Source of the DNA: SAR202 cluster bacterium
Lineage (GTDB): Bacteria > Chloroflexota > Dehalococcoidia > Lucifugimonadales > GCA-2719675
Reading direction: 5' to 3'
Assembly (NCBI GenBank): GCA_009392295.1
Contig: VFGW01000012.1
Coordinates: forward strand, 77,718 to 141,717
Length of the DNA stretch: 64,000 nt
Below, one piece after another: positions 48,087 through 57,396 of this stretch; position 1 is the first letter of the stretch, and each line of letters begins with the position of its first letter. The notes beneath the pieces were generated by a model. The model was not told the DNA's origin. It searched no databases and saw only the letters and a list, made by a program, of their open reading frames with translations. A program made the translations under genes and the position numbers.

Positions 48087-49649
48087 ATGACAATTAATCA
48101 AAAACATTACCCACTTGAACTTTCTTCAAAACTTGAATCTATAATTAAAAACAATACAATATTAAAAGAATTTAAGAAGTCAAGAATCGAATTAAGCTCA
48201 GACATTGATCGACCTTTATATCATTTTTCACCACCTCAAAACTCCCTAAATGATCCAAATGGATTATGTGAGTGGCAAGGTGCATATCATCTCTTTTATC
48301 AATTTAAAGGAAACAACCAAAATCGAGTCCATTGGGGTCACGCAATTAGTCATGATTTAATCTCCTGGATAGATCTACCTCCAGCCATTTCCCCAGAATA
48401 TGAAAAAGACTGTTTTAGCGGGCAATCATTAGTTGAAGCAGACAGAGTAATTGCAATATACCATGGAACAGAATCAGGAAATTGCATCGCTACTTCATCA
48501 GATAAGTTATTAATAAACTGGGAAAAAAACAAAAATAATCCTATAATTCCAATTATAGAAACAGATGATAAAGGTCTACCTTACAGAGTTTTCGATCCTT
48601 GTATTTGGAAAGAAAAAAATGAATATTATTCAATTTCAGGAACATATAAAAATGGAACTCGAGGCGTTGACGCAGTAGGCATTGACCATTTATTCAAATC
48701 ATCAAATCTAGATGACTGGAAACATATTGGCTCCTTATTCGAAGATAGCTTTCATGCTGAACCTGGAGAAGACGCTGCAGTACCAAATTTCCTGCCAATT
48801 AGTAAAGATAAATATCTGCTATTACTATTTAGTCATAAAAGAGCAAGTCACTATTACATAGGTACTTACGACCCTATAAAACATAAATTTTCGCCTGAAA
48901 CACACGGACGAATGAATTACGGCCCCTGGATGTCATCTAGCTTGCATGCTGCCTCAGCTACAATCGATTCAAAAGGTAGATGTATTGCAATATTCAATAC
49001 AATAGAAGGTAAAGAGCAAACACAAAATTCTACAAAAGGAATTATGACATTACCTAGACATTTATATCTAAAAAATAATTATTTAAATATAGAACCTATT
49101 GAAGAATTAAAACAATTAAGATTTAACGAGAAAAAACTGAAAGGATTCAATATTCCTGCAAATAATCAAATTGACATCAAGGAAATTCAAGGTAAATCTA
49201 TAGAAATAGAATTAATTATTAACCCCAAACAAGCTAGGGAAGTAGGAATCAATGTACTACAATCCCCAAACAAAGAAGAATATACAAAAATCTCTTTTCT
49301 AAAGGGTAATCATACAGAAGGATATCCTTTCGAAAATATTATAGATTCCTTACAGATAGATGTATCGAACTCATCTTTGAGAAAAAATGTTAAAGCTAGA
49401 TCCCCGGAAACAGGTCCATTGAAACTAGAAAAAGATGAACCACTTGAATTAAGAATATTTATTGACAGAAGTATCGTAGAAGTATTTGCAAATAAAAAAC
49501 AATGTCTAACTCTAAGAACCTATCCTGCGTTTAAAAATAGTAATAGAATATCAATTTTCTCTAAAGGAAGTGATGCCGATTTAATTTCTTTACGTAGTTG
49601 GTCAATAAAAAGTATCTGGTCAGAATTAAAACAATTTGAAGGATGTTAA
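48087..49649 (+). CDS. Glycoside hydrolase family 32-like protein (beta-fructofuranosidase/levanase fold)
   Basis: 520 aa. It has YHFSPPQNSLNDPNG (nucleophile block), HWGHAISHDLISW and CFSGQS blocks. The RDP and EC blocks look non-canonical by eye. Confidence 0.75.
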   Translation: MTINQKHYPLELSSKLESIIKNNTILKEFKKSRIELSSDIDRPLYHFSPPQNSLNDPNGLCEWQGAYHLFYQFKGNNQNRVHWGHAISHDLISWIDLPPAISPEYEKDCFSGQSLVEADRVIAIYHGTESGNCIATSSDKLLINWEKNKNNPIIPIIETDDKGLPYRVFDPCIWKEKNEYYSISGTYKNGTRGVDAVGIDHLFKSSNLDDWKHIGSLFEDSFHAEPGEDAAVPNFLPISKDKYLLLLFSHKRASHYYIGTYDPIKHKFSPETHGRMNYGPWMSSSLHAASATIDSKGRCIAIFNTIEGKEQTQNSTKGIMTLPRHLYLKNNYLNIEPIEELKQLRFNEKKLKGFNIPANNQIDIKEIQGKSIEIELIINPKQAREVGINVLQSPNKEEYTKISFLKGNHTEGYPFENIIDSLQIDVSNSSLRKNVKARSPETGPLKLEKDEPLELRIFIDRSIVEVFANKKQCLTLRTYPAFKNSNRISIFSKGSDADLISLRSWSIKSIWSELKQFEGC

Positions 49650-49652
49650 TAA

Positions 49653-50003
49653 TTAATTCCAAAATCCTTCTTTCTTACACAAATTAATCATCTTATCAGA
49701 TAGCATTAAAAATGATTCCATCTTCACAGTTGGTACAAGTGATGAAGCAACAGCTCTGGCAGCTTCAACAAAAGCTGGTTCAGAATTGCGGGAAATAATC
49801 TCTAGCTTTTCAGCTGCTTTTTGAAATTCAACATCCGGCAATGTATTTACTGAATTCAATAAAACTTCGAACTGCTTACATGTCTGTTCACCAGTCGAAT
49901 ATGTCACTTGAACTTTAGTATCACTAGTATTAATTCTAATTAATATAAAAATTATGAAAATTAACGATATAACTATTCCACAAATTAGAATTACTTTATT
50001 CAT
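49653..50003 (-). CDS. Hypothetical membrane-anchored protein (116 aa)
   Basis: It has an N-terminal TM helix (VILICGIVISLIFIIFILI) and a 4-nt overlap with the upstream gene. I recognise no family. Confidence 0.5.
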   Translation of the reverse strand: MNKVILICGIVISLIFIIFILIRINTSDTKVQVTYSTGEQTCKQFEVLLNSVNTLPDVEFQKAAEKLEIISRNSEPAFVEAARAVASSLVPTVKMESFLMLSDKMINLCKKEGFWN

Positions 50004-50938
50004 TTACTATCCCTTTTCAAAATATTTCCCAATGCTTCATTCAAGTTATCATATATGAATTCATAACCAGATTTAAGTGTTGCATTAGGCTTAACATTAT
50101 AGCTATTAATCAATTCAGAAGCCATTTCCCTAAAAATTAATTTCAAAAAAATCTCAGGAAATTTAAAATAAACTCTCCTATTTAATAATTTAGCTAACAT
50201 TTTCACAAAGTCTTGGTGCATTACTGGAAGTACTGATACTCCATTGTATATACCATTCAATCTATTTTCAGCACAAAACAAAATTAGATTCACAACATCT
50301 TTTACATGTATCCAGGACCACCATTGTGTACCTTTGCCGAATACCGTTCCTAAACCAAAAATGAATGGCCAATAAAAATTTTTAATAACTCCACCTTGTT
50401 TACCTAAAACTATACCTAACCTAATAATAGAAACAGAAACTCCAAAGTTTTTAGCTAACAAAGCCTCATTTTCCCAATCACGACAAACTTCAGAAAGGAA
50501 TTCTTTACCACTGCTTGATTGTTCATCAAAAACCTTTCCATTTTCAGACTGTGGATAATATCCTACTGCACTTGCTGAAACTAAAACCATAGAATTATTA
50601 GTGCTAGCCGAAATACCCTTTACCAAATTCTTAGTTAATAAAACTCTACTATTATATATTGATAATTTTTTTGATTTGGTCCAACCAAAGGGATTAAAAA
50701 CAAATTCTCCTGCCAAATTAATTACAACATCAATATCTTTAAAAATATCCGCTTTTGGAACTTCTGTTTTTAAATCTATTTGATGGATTAAATTTGCGTC
50801 TGGAAAGATTTTCTTTGCTCGATTTGAATTTCTTGTAATAATTTCAAATGAATCTCCATTTTTCCTTATTTTATCAATCAATTCTTTCCCAATAAATCCA
50901 GTTGCACCGGTAATCAAATATTTCAACTTTAACCTCAA
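50000..50938 (-). CDS. NAD-dependent epimerase/dehydratase-fold protein, TIGR01777 (YfcH)-like
   Basis: 312 aa with an N-terminal ITGATGFIG Rossmann motif and a C-terminal extension as in the YfcH/DUF1731 family. Confidence 0.7.
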   Translation of the reverse strand: MRLKLKYLITGATGFIGKELIDKIRKNGDSFEIITRNSNRAKKIFPDANLIHQIDLKTEVPKADIFKDIDVVINLAGEFVFNPFGWTKSKKLSIYNSRVLLTKNLVKGISASTNNSMVLVSASAVGYYPQSENGKVFDEQSSSGKEFLSEVCRDWENEALLAKNFGVSVSIIRLGIVLGKQGGVIKNFYWPFIFGLGTVFGKGTQWWSWIHVKDVVNLILFCAENRLNGIYNGVSVLPVMHQDFVKMLAKLLNRRVYFKFPEIFLKLIFREMASELINSYNVKPNATLKSGYEFIYDNLNEALGNILKRDSK

Positions 50939-51063
50939 TATAACTAAGTAAATTTCTTATATACCAATATATATTAAAAACAAAAATATCCAAATAATTC
51001 AAGAATGATCTATAATAACTAAATTGAAAATAAATTAACCATCCACAAAAGATTTTTAAAGAA

Positions 51064-51648
51064 ATGTCTATTCCTCCATATTCATATATCGTTTCTGACC
51101 AAATTTCAGCTGGCGACTATCCTGGAAAACAACATCCAAAATTTTTTTGGAGAATCTTTGTAAGTAAGTTTTATGAAATATTAGCTTTTATAAAACACCC
51201 TTCAAAAGGATATTTTGGACCAACAAAACGATTAAACACACTAATAGAAGCCGGTACAAATTCTTTTATTGATTTAACTGAAGAAGAAGAATTACCGCCT
51301 TATTCACACAGTATCAAATTAATAAATTCTAATTCAAAACTATCCAAAACAATCAAGTATAAACGTATACCAATTAAAGATCTGTCAACTCCCGCAAAAA
51401 ACGAAATGGAAGAAATTCTCAATTATATAGATCAAGAAATAACTACGGGAAATAAAATCTATATTCATTGCCTAAGAGGTTTAGGGCGAACAGGAATAGT
51501 AGTTGGTTGCTATTTTGTACGCCATGGATACACAGGTAAAGAAGCAATAAATAAAATAGCTTCACTAAGGAAAGACCTGCCAAATAATTGGCTACAGTCA
51601 CCTCAGACAAAAACACAAAAAGAATTTGTGATTAATTGGGGAAAATAA
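51064..51648 (+). CDS. Cys-based protein tyrosine / dual-specificity phosphatase-like protein
   Basis: 194 aa with a C(X)5R P-loop, HCLRGLGRTG. Confidence 0.75.
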   Translation: MSIPPYSYIVSDQISAGDYPGKQHPKFFWRIFVSKFYEILAFIKHPSKGYFGPTKRLNTLIEAGTNSFIDLTEEEELPPYSHSIKLINSNSKLSKTIKYKRIPIKDLSTPAKNEMEEILNYIDQEITTGNKIYIHCLRGLGRTGIVVGCYFVRHGYTGKEAINKIASLRKDLPNNWLQSPQTKTQKEFVINWGK

Positions 51649-51657
51649 AGCCATTAA

Positions 51658-51733
51658 TGGTGGGCCCGGTAGGAATCGAACCTACGACCAATCGGTTATG
51701 AGCCGACCGCTCTAACCACTGAGCTACGGGCCC
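51658..51733 (-). tRNA. tRNA with CAT anticodon (elongator tRNA-Met or lysidine-type tRNA-Ile2), CCA encoded
   Basis: The minus-strand read is GGGCCCGTAGCTCAGTGGTTAGAGCGGTCGGCTCATAACCGATTGGTCGTAGGTTCGATTCCTACCGGGCCCACCA. It folds as a cloverleaf with a 7-bp acceptor stem, GCTC/GAGC D stem, CTCATAA anticodon loop and GTAGG/CCTAC T stem. It is not an initiator: G1:C72 is paired and there is no GGG/CCC anticodon stem. Confidence 0.93.
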
Positions 51734-51745
51734 CTATAATATTCA

Positions 51746-51774
51746 AATGTAAGATAGATCATAACAAGTGTCAA
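51746..51774 (-). promoter_or_regulatory. Sigma70-type promoter for the tRNA: TTGACA-17 nt-TACATT
   Basis: On the minus strand the -35 is at 51774-51769 and the -10 at 51751-51746. The tRNA 5' end lies 12 nt downstream of the -10. Confidence 0.5.
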
Positions 51775-51892
51775 GTTTAGTTAATATAATTTTTGAACCT
51801 TTAAATTAAACAAAAAGGTATTTCATGACTTATTTCCTTTTCAATAAATTATTAAAATAGTAAAGTAACAAATATTAATCAAAGGTGAAAAA

Positions 51893-52912
51893 TTGTCTAA
51901 CAACAAAAATCCTATAGATATAGACAAATTATATCCAGAAATCAAGCAAAAAATCCCGAAAGGATTAACACCTGCATATAAAAAAAATATAGCCTCTAAA
52001 AATGTTAGAGAAAAACTTTTAGAAGTATTAGGAATAGAAGAATTACCTCGAAATATTCATTTTGATGTAAGTAAACCAATAGAAAAAGAAGAATTGATTG
52101 AATATACAGTAAAATATCAAAATTCTTTGTCTGAAAAAATTGAAGCTATAGTAATTACGCCTATAACCAATAGCCCTAACAGCTTAGCTGGAATTGTTTG
52201 CATGGGAGGTACTGCTGCAACCAAAGAAAGTATCACTCACAAAAAATTCTATAGACCACACCCAAATAAAGGTCAACTTTTTGGATGGGCTAGACAATTA
52301 GCAAGACTAGGATATGCAACGATATCAATATCTCTTAAAGGAAGTGTTGAACGAAGAGGAACTTTAGAACAATGGGAACAAGAAGCAAAATTACTATCTC
52401 CACTTGGGCGAACCCAATATGGATACACTGTAGAAGAAACATTACTTGCAGCACGAATTCTTGAATCAATTGATACTGTTAACTCAAATAGAATTGCCTT
52501 AACAGGAATGTCATTAGGAGGAGTAGGAGCATGGTATGGAATGGCTTGTGATCCTTCGATTGCTGTAGGAGCACCAGTATGTGGAGGAATAGGAAGTTTA
52601 TATAGAAATCTATATGAAGGTAAACCTTGGAGGCACAGTTCTGCAGGATATATTCCAGGTCTTTTAAAATACTTTGATCATGGAGAAATTATTTCAGCAT
52701 GTATTAACCCAAGACCTTTAATTATGATTGCACCCACTGAAGATGAAGATATGCCATCTACTGGAGTTGATGACTTGCTGGAAATTGTAAAACCATCATA
52801 TGAAAAAGGAAATAATTCTAATAAATTCAAATGTTATAGACCATCTGGCAAACATGTATATCAGATCGAATATTTCAATCAAGTTGTTAGTTTCTTAAAC
52901 AAATTCTTATAG
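51893..52912 (+). CDS. Alpha/beta-hydrolase (dienelactone hydrolase/acetyl-esterase-like)
   Basis: 339 aa with nucleophile elbow GMSLGG. It uses a TTG start preceded by AAAGGTGA. Confidence 0.65.
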   Translation: MSNNKNPIDIDKLYPEIKQKIPKGLTPAYKKNIASKNVREKLLEVLGIEELPRNIHFDVSKPIEKEELIEYTVKYQNSLSEKIEAIVITPITNSPNSLAGIVCMGGTAATKESITHKKFYRPHPNKGQLFGWARQLARLGYATISISLKGSVERRGTLEQWEQEAKLLSPLGRTQYGYTVEETLLAARILESIDTVNSNRIALTGMSLGGVGAWYGMACDPSIAVGAPVCGGIGSLYRNLYEGKPWRHSSAGYIPGLLKYFDHGEIISACINPRPLIMIAPTEDEDMPSTGVDDLLEIVKPSYEKGNNSNKFKCYRPSGKHVYQIEYFNQVVSFLNKFL

Positions 52913-52925
52913 CGAAAGGGCTACT

Positions 52926-54092
52926 ATGAAAATCATTAGCGTTACAACAACTCCCTTCAGATATTCTACAACTGTCTGGAGAGACCTCGAAGGCCATCCG
53001 AGTGTGGGGAAAGAACATGAATCTAAAAATACATTATTAACTATTAAAGCTGATAACGGTGCCGAAGGATATGCTTTTGGTGGAGTTTCACAAGAAATAT
53101 GCAAATCTGTTATAGAGCCTGCAATGATGGGTGAAGATGCATTTGATCGAGAAAAGATTTGGCAAAGATTTAGGAGAATTCAAAAACTCAATCATAATCT
53201 CACAGATATGATTATGGCTGCAGCAGACATTGCTTTATGGGATCTATGTGGAAGATATCTTAATATTCCTGTATATAAAATGCTTGGAGGTAATCGCAAA
53301 AAAATTCTTGCTTATGCAAGTATTATGCCTGGAGATGAAACACCTGGAGGATTAAGTTCTCCTGAAGATTATGCAAATTTTTCAAAAAAATTAGTAGATA
53401 AAGGATATAAAGCAATTAAATTACACCTATGGTGTCCTCCAATTTCTTGGGCCCCAAGCTTAAAAAAAGACATTGAAGCATGTGAAGCCGTAAGAGATGC
53501 TGTAGGTCCAGAAATAGACTTAATGCTAGACCCCCATCATCATTATAGTAGACAAGAAGCAAAAGAATTAGGCCGAGCAATCGAAAAACTCAATTTTGTA
53601 TGGTTAGAAGAACCAATGAATGAGCATAGCATGTCCTCATATATTTGGTTGTGCGATCAACTTGATATTGCTATCCTAGGTCCTGAAAATATTGAAGGCA
53701 GCTTCAAATCAAGAGCTGAATGGGCAAAATTTGGCGCCTGTGATATGCTTCGAGGTGGAGCCGGGGAAGTAGGAGGAATAACTGCTTTAATTAAATTAGT
53801 TCATCTCGCAGAATCTTTTGGAATGAATATGGAAATACATGGAGGACAAGGAGCAAACATGCAAGTACTTGCAGCCATGGGGATTGATGGAACATATTAT
53901 GAAAAAGGCCTGGAACACCCATTTAGAGATCTTGATATAGGGCCACCATGGTTTAAAACTCCATTTGAACCATTAGACAAAGATGGTTATGTACATGTTC
54001 CAAAATTACCTGGTATTGGAGAAGATATTAACTTCGAATATATACAAGATAATAAAATTACCGACAACAAAACCTTTGGTTATACTAAATAA
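52926..54092 (+). CDS. Enolase-superfamily enzyme (mandelate racemase/muconate lactonizing family), second copy in the window
   Basis: 388 aa with AAADIALWDLCGR, KMLGG, LMLDPHH and WLEEP motifs. Confidence 0.75.
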   Translation: MKIISVTTTPFRYSTTVWRDLEGHPSVGKEHESKNTLLTIKADNGAEGYAFGGVSQEICKSVIEPAMMGEDAFDREKIWQRFRRIQKLNHNLTDMIMAAADIALWDLCGRYLNIPVYKMLGGNRKKILAYASIMPGDETPGGLSSPEDYANFSKKLVDKGYKAIKLHLWCPPISWAPSLKKDIEACEAVRDAVGPEIDLMLDPHHHYSRQEAKELGRAIEKLNFVWLEEPMNEHSMSSYIWLCDQLDIAILGPENIEGSFKSRAEWAKFGACDMLRGGAGEVGGITALIKLVHLAESFGMNMEIHGGQGANMQVLAAMGIDGTYYEKGLEHPFRDLDIGPPWFKTPFEPLDKDGYVHVPKLPGIGEDINFEYIQDNKITDNKTFGYTK

Positions 54093-54096
54093 TTAA

Positions 54097-55122
54097 CTAA
54101 ACCGTTTTTAATTTTGGAGACCTCTGTTCAGGAGCTAATTGACTTTCTTTCAAATGGTAAGCTTCTTTTTTATAAATCTGCACTCTATATCTATGATAAT
54201 CTGGAACAAACATCATTCCATCTGAATTGATTTTTACACTCCTTGGATGCGTCAACCATTTCTGTGATTCTAGATCTGCAGAATCCCTCAACCTCAGTGG
54301 TAAACTTTGTACTTGCATCAATTCAACAGCAGATTTAGACAAAGTCGCATCACCTAAAAAACGTTGTACGTATCTACCCTTCTCATTAAATAATTGGACT
54401 CTGTTATTCATTGTGTCAGCTACATAAATATCACCATCTAAATCAACATCTACCCCGGATGGACGATTAAATTCTCCACGTCCAGCACCTGATTTACCAA
54501 TACTCATCACAAATTTACCATCAGAATCAAATTTTTGAATCCTATCATTACGCCAATCGGCAACATATAAATAATCCAATTCATCAACCTTAATACCAAA
54601 AGGCATATTCATTTCACCATCTTTTGACCCAAATACACCTATACAGCTAATATATTCACCATCTTTTGAAAATTTTTGAACCCTATGGTTCATGGTGTCA
54701 GAGATATAAATATTACCTTTAGAATCAAAAGACATACCAGATGGTCTGTTCAATTGTCCCTCTTTTGAACCAAATTCACCCCAATGACTAATATATTCAC
54801 CATCTTTTGAAAGCAAAGTAATTCTATTCAAAGCAGAATCGGAAATATAAAGAATTTCATTATCATCAATTAATATGCACTCAGGAAATCTAGCTTGACC
54901 AAAATTGGATCCTTGCAGACTAAAAAAATCCAAGCAATCATCCTCAATATTTAAAACAACAATTCCTGTATTTTGAGATATATGCATTTGACAAACTATG
55001 TATATTTCACCATTTTTCCCAAAAGCAATATCAGTGGGATGAGTAACATTTTGATTACGACGAACACCTATAGTAGTAAAATATGGAAATCCTGCCCGAA
55101 GTAAAGCATACGGCCTACTCAT
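54097..55122 (-). CDS. NHL-repeat beta-propeller protein
   Basis: 341 aa. It has at least five repeats of the type YISDTMNHRVQKFSKDGEYI, YVADWRNDRIQKFDSDGKFV and YVADTMNNRVQLFNEKGRYV. No obvious signal peptide is present. Confidence 0.8.
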   Translation of the reverse strand: MSRPYALLRAGFPYFTTIGVRRNQNVTHPTDIAFGKNGEIYIVCQMHISQNTGIVVLNIEDDCLDFFSLQGSNFGQARFPECILIDDNEILYISDSALNRITLLSKDGEYISHWGEFGSKEGQLNRPSGMSFDSKGNIYISDTMNHRVQKFSKDGEYISCIGVFGSKDGEMNMPFGIKVDELDYLYVADWRNDRIQKFDSDGKFVMSIGKSGAGRGEFNRPSGVDVDLDGDIYVADTMNNRVQLFNEKGRYVQRFLGDATLSKSAVELMQVQSLPLRLRDSADLESQKWLTHPRSVKINSDGMMFVPDYHRYRVQIYKKEAYHLKESQLAPEQRSPKLKTV

Positions 55123-55155
55123 AAAATTTCCACCTTAAGTTAAACATGCAAAATT

Positions 55156-56580
55156 TCAACATAACTGATATTCCCTTGTAGATAAAACTAATTGAAGCAT
55201 TCTAGCTACACGATTAACCTTAAATTCGTCAGAATCTTTGTCTCCAAAAAAAGATTTTTCCATTAAAATAAAATCCGACAAAATTCCTTCTCTAGTTTCA
55301 TTTTTAACATCTATCAATCCAACTATTTCTAAACATTGGTCTAATAAATAATTACTTTGAGAATTTCCTGAATTCAAAGAAAGCTTTTCTAACATAAATT
55401 TAATTCCAGGTTTTTGAGTGTCGACAAATTGTTCAGTTACAAAATTAATTCTTTCAGACAATGTCCCTCCGTCAATCCATTCCATTCCTGTGTGCCAACC
55501 TTCGACAGTTGGCGGATTAATAAGTTGTTGCCCCATATATGTCCCTGCATAAACCAAATCAGTTAAACCCATTTCAGGAAATCGATACGTTTCAACTAAC
55601 TTAATTACACCTACAATTAGCTCTGTGGGGCTTTTCACTTTTTTATACAAAGATTTTTTGAAAAAATCTGAATTAAACAACGTTTTTATAATATGTCTAA
55701 TATCACCATTAGATTCAAAATAAGCATGTTCTAATTCATTTATGGCACTAGAATCAATCGGTGGTTCTGTATTCCAAGCAGGCACCTGTTTTTCATCTGC
55801 AACAAAAAAATTATACAAATGCCTACATAAGAAACGAGCTGTAGCAGGCTGCTTAACAATTATGTCAATTACATCTTCTCCATTAAATCTGCCACAATGT
55901 CCTAAAAATTTTTTCATAGAATATTCATGCTCATGGCTTAAAAACTCAAAATCTGGTAAATAGTGACCTGTCGGATATAAAGGAATTAATTGAGTAAAAG
56001 TCCATCCTGTAAAAGAATAAGCACAATTTTTCACGTCCTCTTCAGTATAATTTCCTACTCCCATAGAAAATAATTCCAACAATTCACGTCCATAATTCTC
56101 GTTTGGTTCCCCTGCATGATTTTCATTGTTATCTAGCCAAGAGATCATAGCAGGATCTTTAGAAATTTTAACAAGAATTGTTTTGAAATCCGTTAAACCA
56201 AAGCGACGAAATAAATTGATCTGATGGTCACTAGACCAAGGAACAGAATCTTTTGAATAACCAGTAGCTAAAAGATGGTGCCAAAAAAGTGCAATTTTTT
56301 CTTGAAGAGGGTTCTTTGTATTGATCATTCTATAAATATTACGAGCTGGGACTGTATATATATTTTTTTCACCATAATATCTCTCAAGAATATCATCATC
56401 CTCGAAATCGATGAAATCTCCAGAACCAATTAATTCATCAACGATATCCTCGTAACTTTTATACAAATATTTACCAATGTCTCTGTCGGAAACCCCAAAA
56501 CCAGCTCGGCGAAATAAATGAGAAACTAAATGTCGATGACTAATTTTCGATCCCTTTAACATTATATCCCCCAAAAACAA
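55156..56580 (-). CDS. DUF1800-family protein
   Basis: 474 aa. It has the N-terminal HLFRRAGFG motif characteristic of DUF1800. The true start may be the internal MLKGSK. Confidence 0.65.
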   Translation of the reverse strand: MFLGDIMLKGSKISHRHLVSHLFRRAGFGVSDRDIGKYLYKSYEDIVDELIGSGDFIDFEDDDILERYYGEKNIYTVPARNIYRMINTKNPLQEKIALFWHHLLATGYSKDSVPWSSDHQINLFRRFGLTDFKTILVKISKDPAMISWLDNNENHAGEPNENYGRELLELFSMGVGNYTEEDVKNCAYSFTGWTFTQLIPLYPTGHYLPDFEFLSHEHEYSMKKFLGHCGRFNGEDVIDIIVKQPATARFLCRHLYNFFVADEKQVPAWNTEPPIDSSAINELEHAYFESNGDIRHIIKTLFNSDFFKKSLYKKVKSPTELIVGVIKLVETYRFPEMGLTDLVYAGTYMGQQLINPPTVEGWHTGMEWIDGGTLSERINFVTEQFVDTQKPGIKFMLEKLSLNSGNSQSNYLLDQCLEIVGLIDVKNETREGILSDFILMEKSFFGDKDSDEFKVNRVARMLQLVLSTREYQLC

Positions 56581-56614
56581 GTCAATTGTAATTCAGGTAA
56601 ATAAAATTTTCAAA

Positions 56615-57316
56615 TCAACTAGGAATCACCCAAATTAACGTCCCAACTTCAAATCCAAAAAAAGACTCCTTAGCTGCACAAAGAATAGAAATTGTTTTTG
56701 TAGATTTATTTATATCTTTTAGTATCCCCGCCTGGCCTGGCACCACATTGTTTTCAACTAAATATTTTAATAAACTTTCATCATCTTCAGGGATTCTATC
56801 AATTACAAAATTTAACCCTGAACCTAATTCACTTAAACGAATAGCCTTTTTATTTATAACATAATTACTGCCTGGTATAGGAAATCCATATGGTGAAATA
56901 GATGGATTTCCAAGTTTTGCTAAAACTTTGTTTTCCAAATATGGAGAAATTGCATGTTCCAAAAGATGTGCTTCAGTATGAGCTCTATATAATTCAACAC
57001 CAAACAAATCTACAACTAATCTTTCCGCTAGTCTATGCTTCCTAACTATTATTTCAGCATTTGCGATTCCACTTCTTGTAAAAGATATAATCTTTTTCTT
57101 AGTCTCAATATCTATAAAACCTTCCTTTTCCATCCTACGAAGCATTGCAGAAACAGACGGTAAAGAAGTACCCAATCCTTCACCTTCTGGAAGTGTTTTT
57201 AAATGTTCCGCCAACTGTGTGATTGTAACAGTTTCACCTTCTTCTTGAATCCGGAAAATTGAAAGCAAATAATTTTCCATTGCCATAGATAATCTAGCTT
57301 GCTTAATTTTAGACAT
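56615..57316 (-). CDS. DtxR/IdeR/MntR-family metal-dependent transcriptional repressor with C-terminal SH3-like/FeoA-like domain
   Basis: 233 aa. It has a winged HTH (ENYLLSIFRIQEEGETVTITQLAEHL), a metal-site helix (RKHRLAERLVVDLFG...HTEAHLLEHAIS) and a C-terminal domain. Confidence 0.85.
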   Translation of the reverse strand: MSKIKQARLSMAMENYLLSIFRIQEEGETVTITQLAEHLKTLPEGEGLGTSLPSVSAMLRRMEKEGFIDIETKKKIISFTRSGIANAEIIVRKHRLAERLVVDLFGVELYRAHTEAHLLEHAISPYLENKVLAKLGNPSISPYGFPIPGSNYVINKKAIRLSELGSGLNFVIDRIPEDDESLLKYLVENNVVPGQAGILKDINKSTKTISILCAAKESFFGFEVGTLIWVIPS

Positions 57317-57396
57317 TTTTCACTCCTAATTAATTTAAACTAACATTTATAAATATTTTAATCAAATAAATTTTTTTACAATTTTAAACACTTTTC

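Noticed and set aside
51658-51892. The tRNA gene as a possible integration hotspot for a mobile element.
   Set aside because: There is no integrase, no phage or plasmid genes, and no repeat of the tRNA 3' end on either side. The flanking genes look like ordinary chromosomal genes.
57317-57396. A search for a DtxR/IdeR-type 19-bp palindromic operator upstream of dtxR, and upstream of the iron transporter (61260-61390).
   Set aside because: I found no convincing dyad resembling TTAGGTTAGCCTAACCTAA or an AT-shifted version. This cannot be called by eye.
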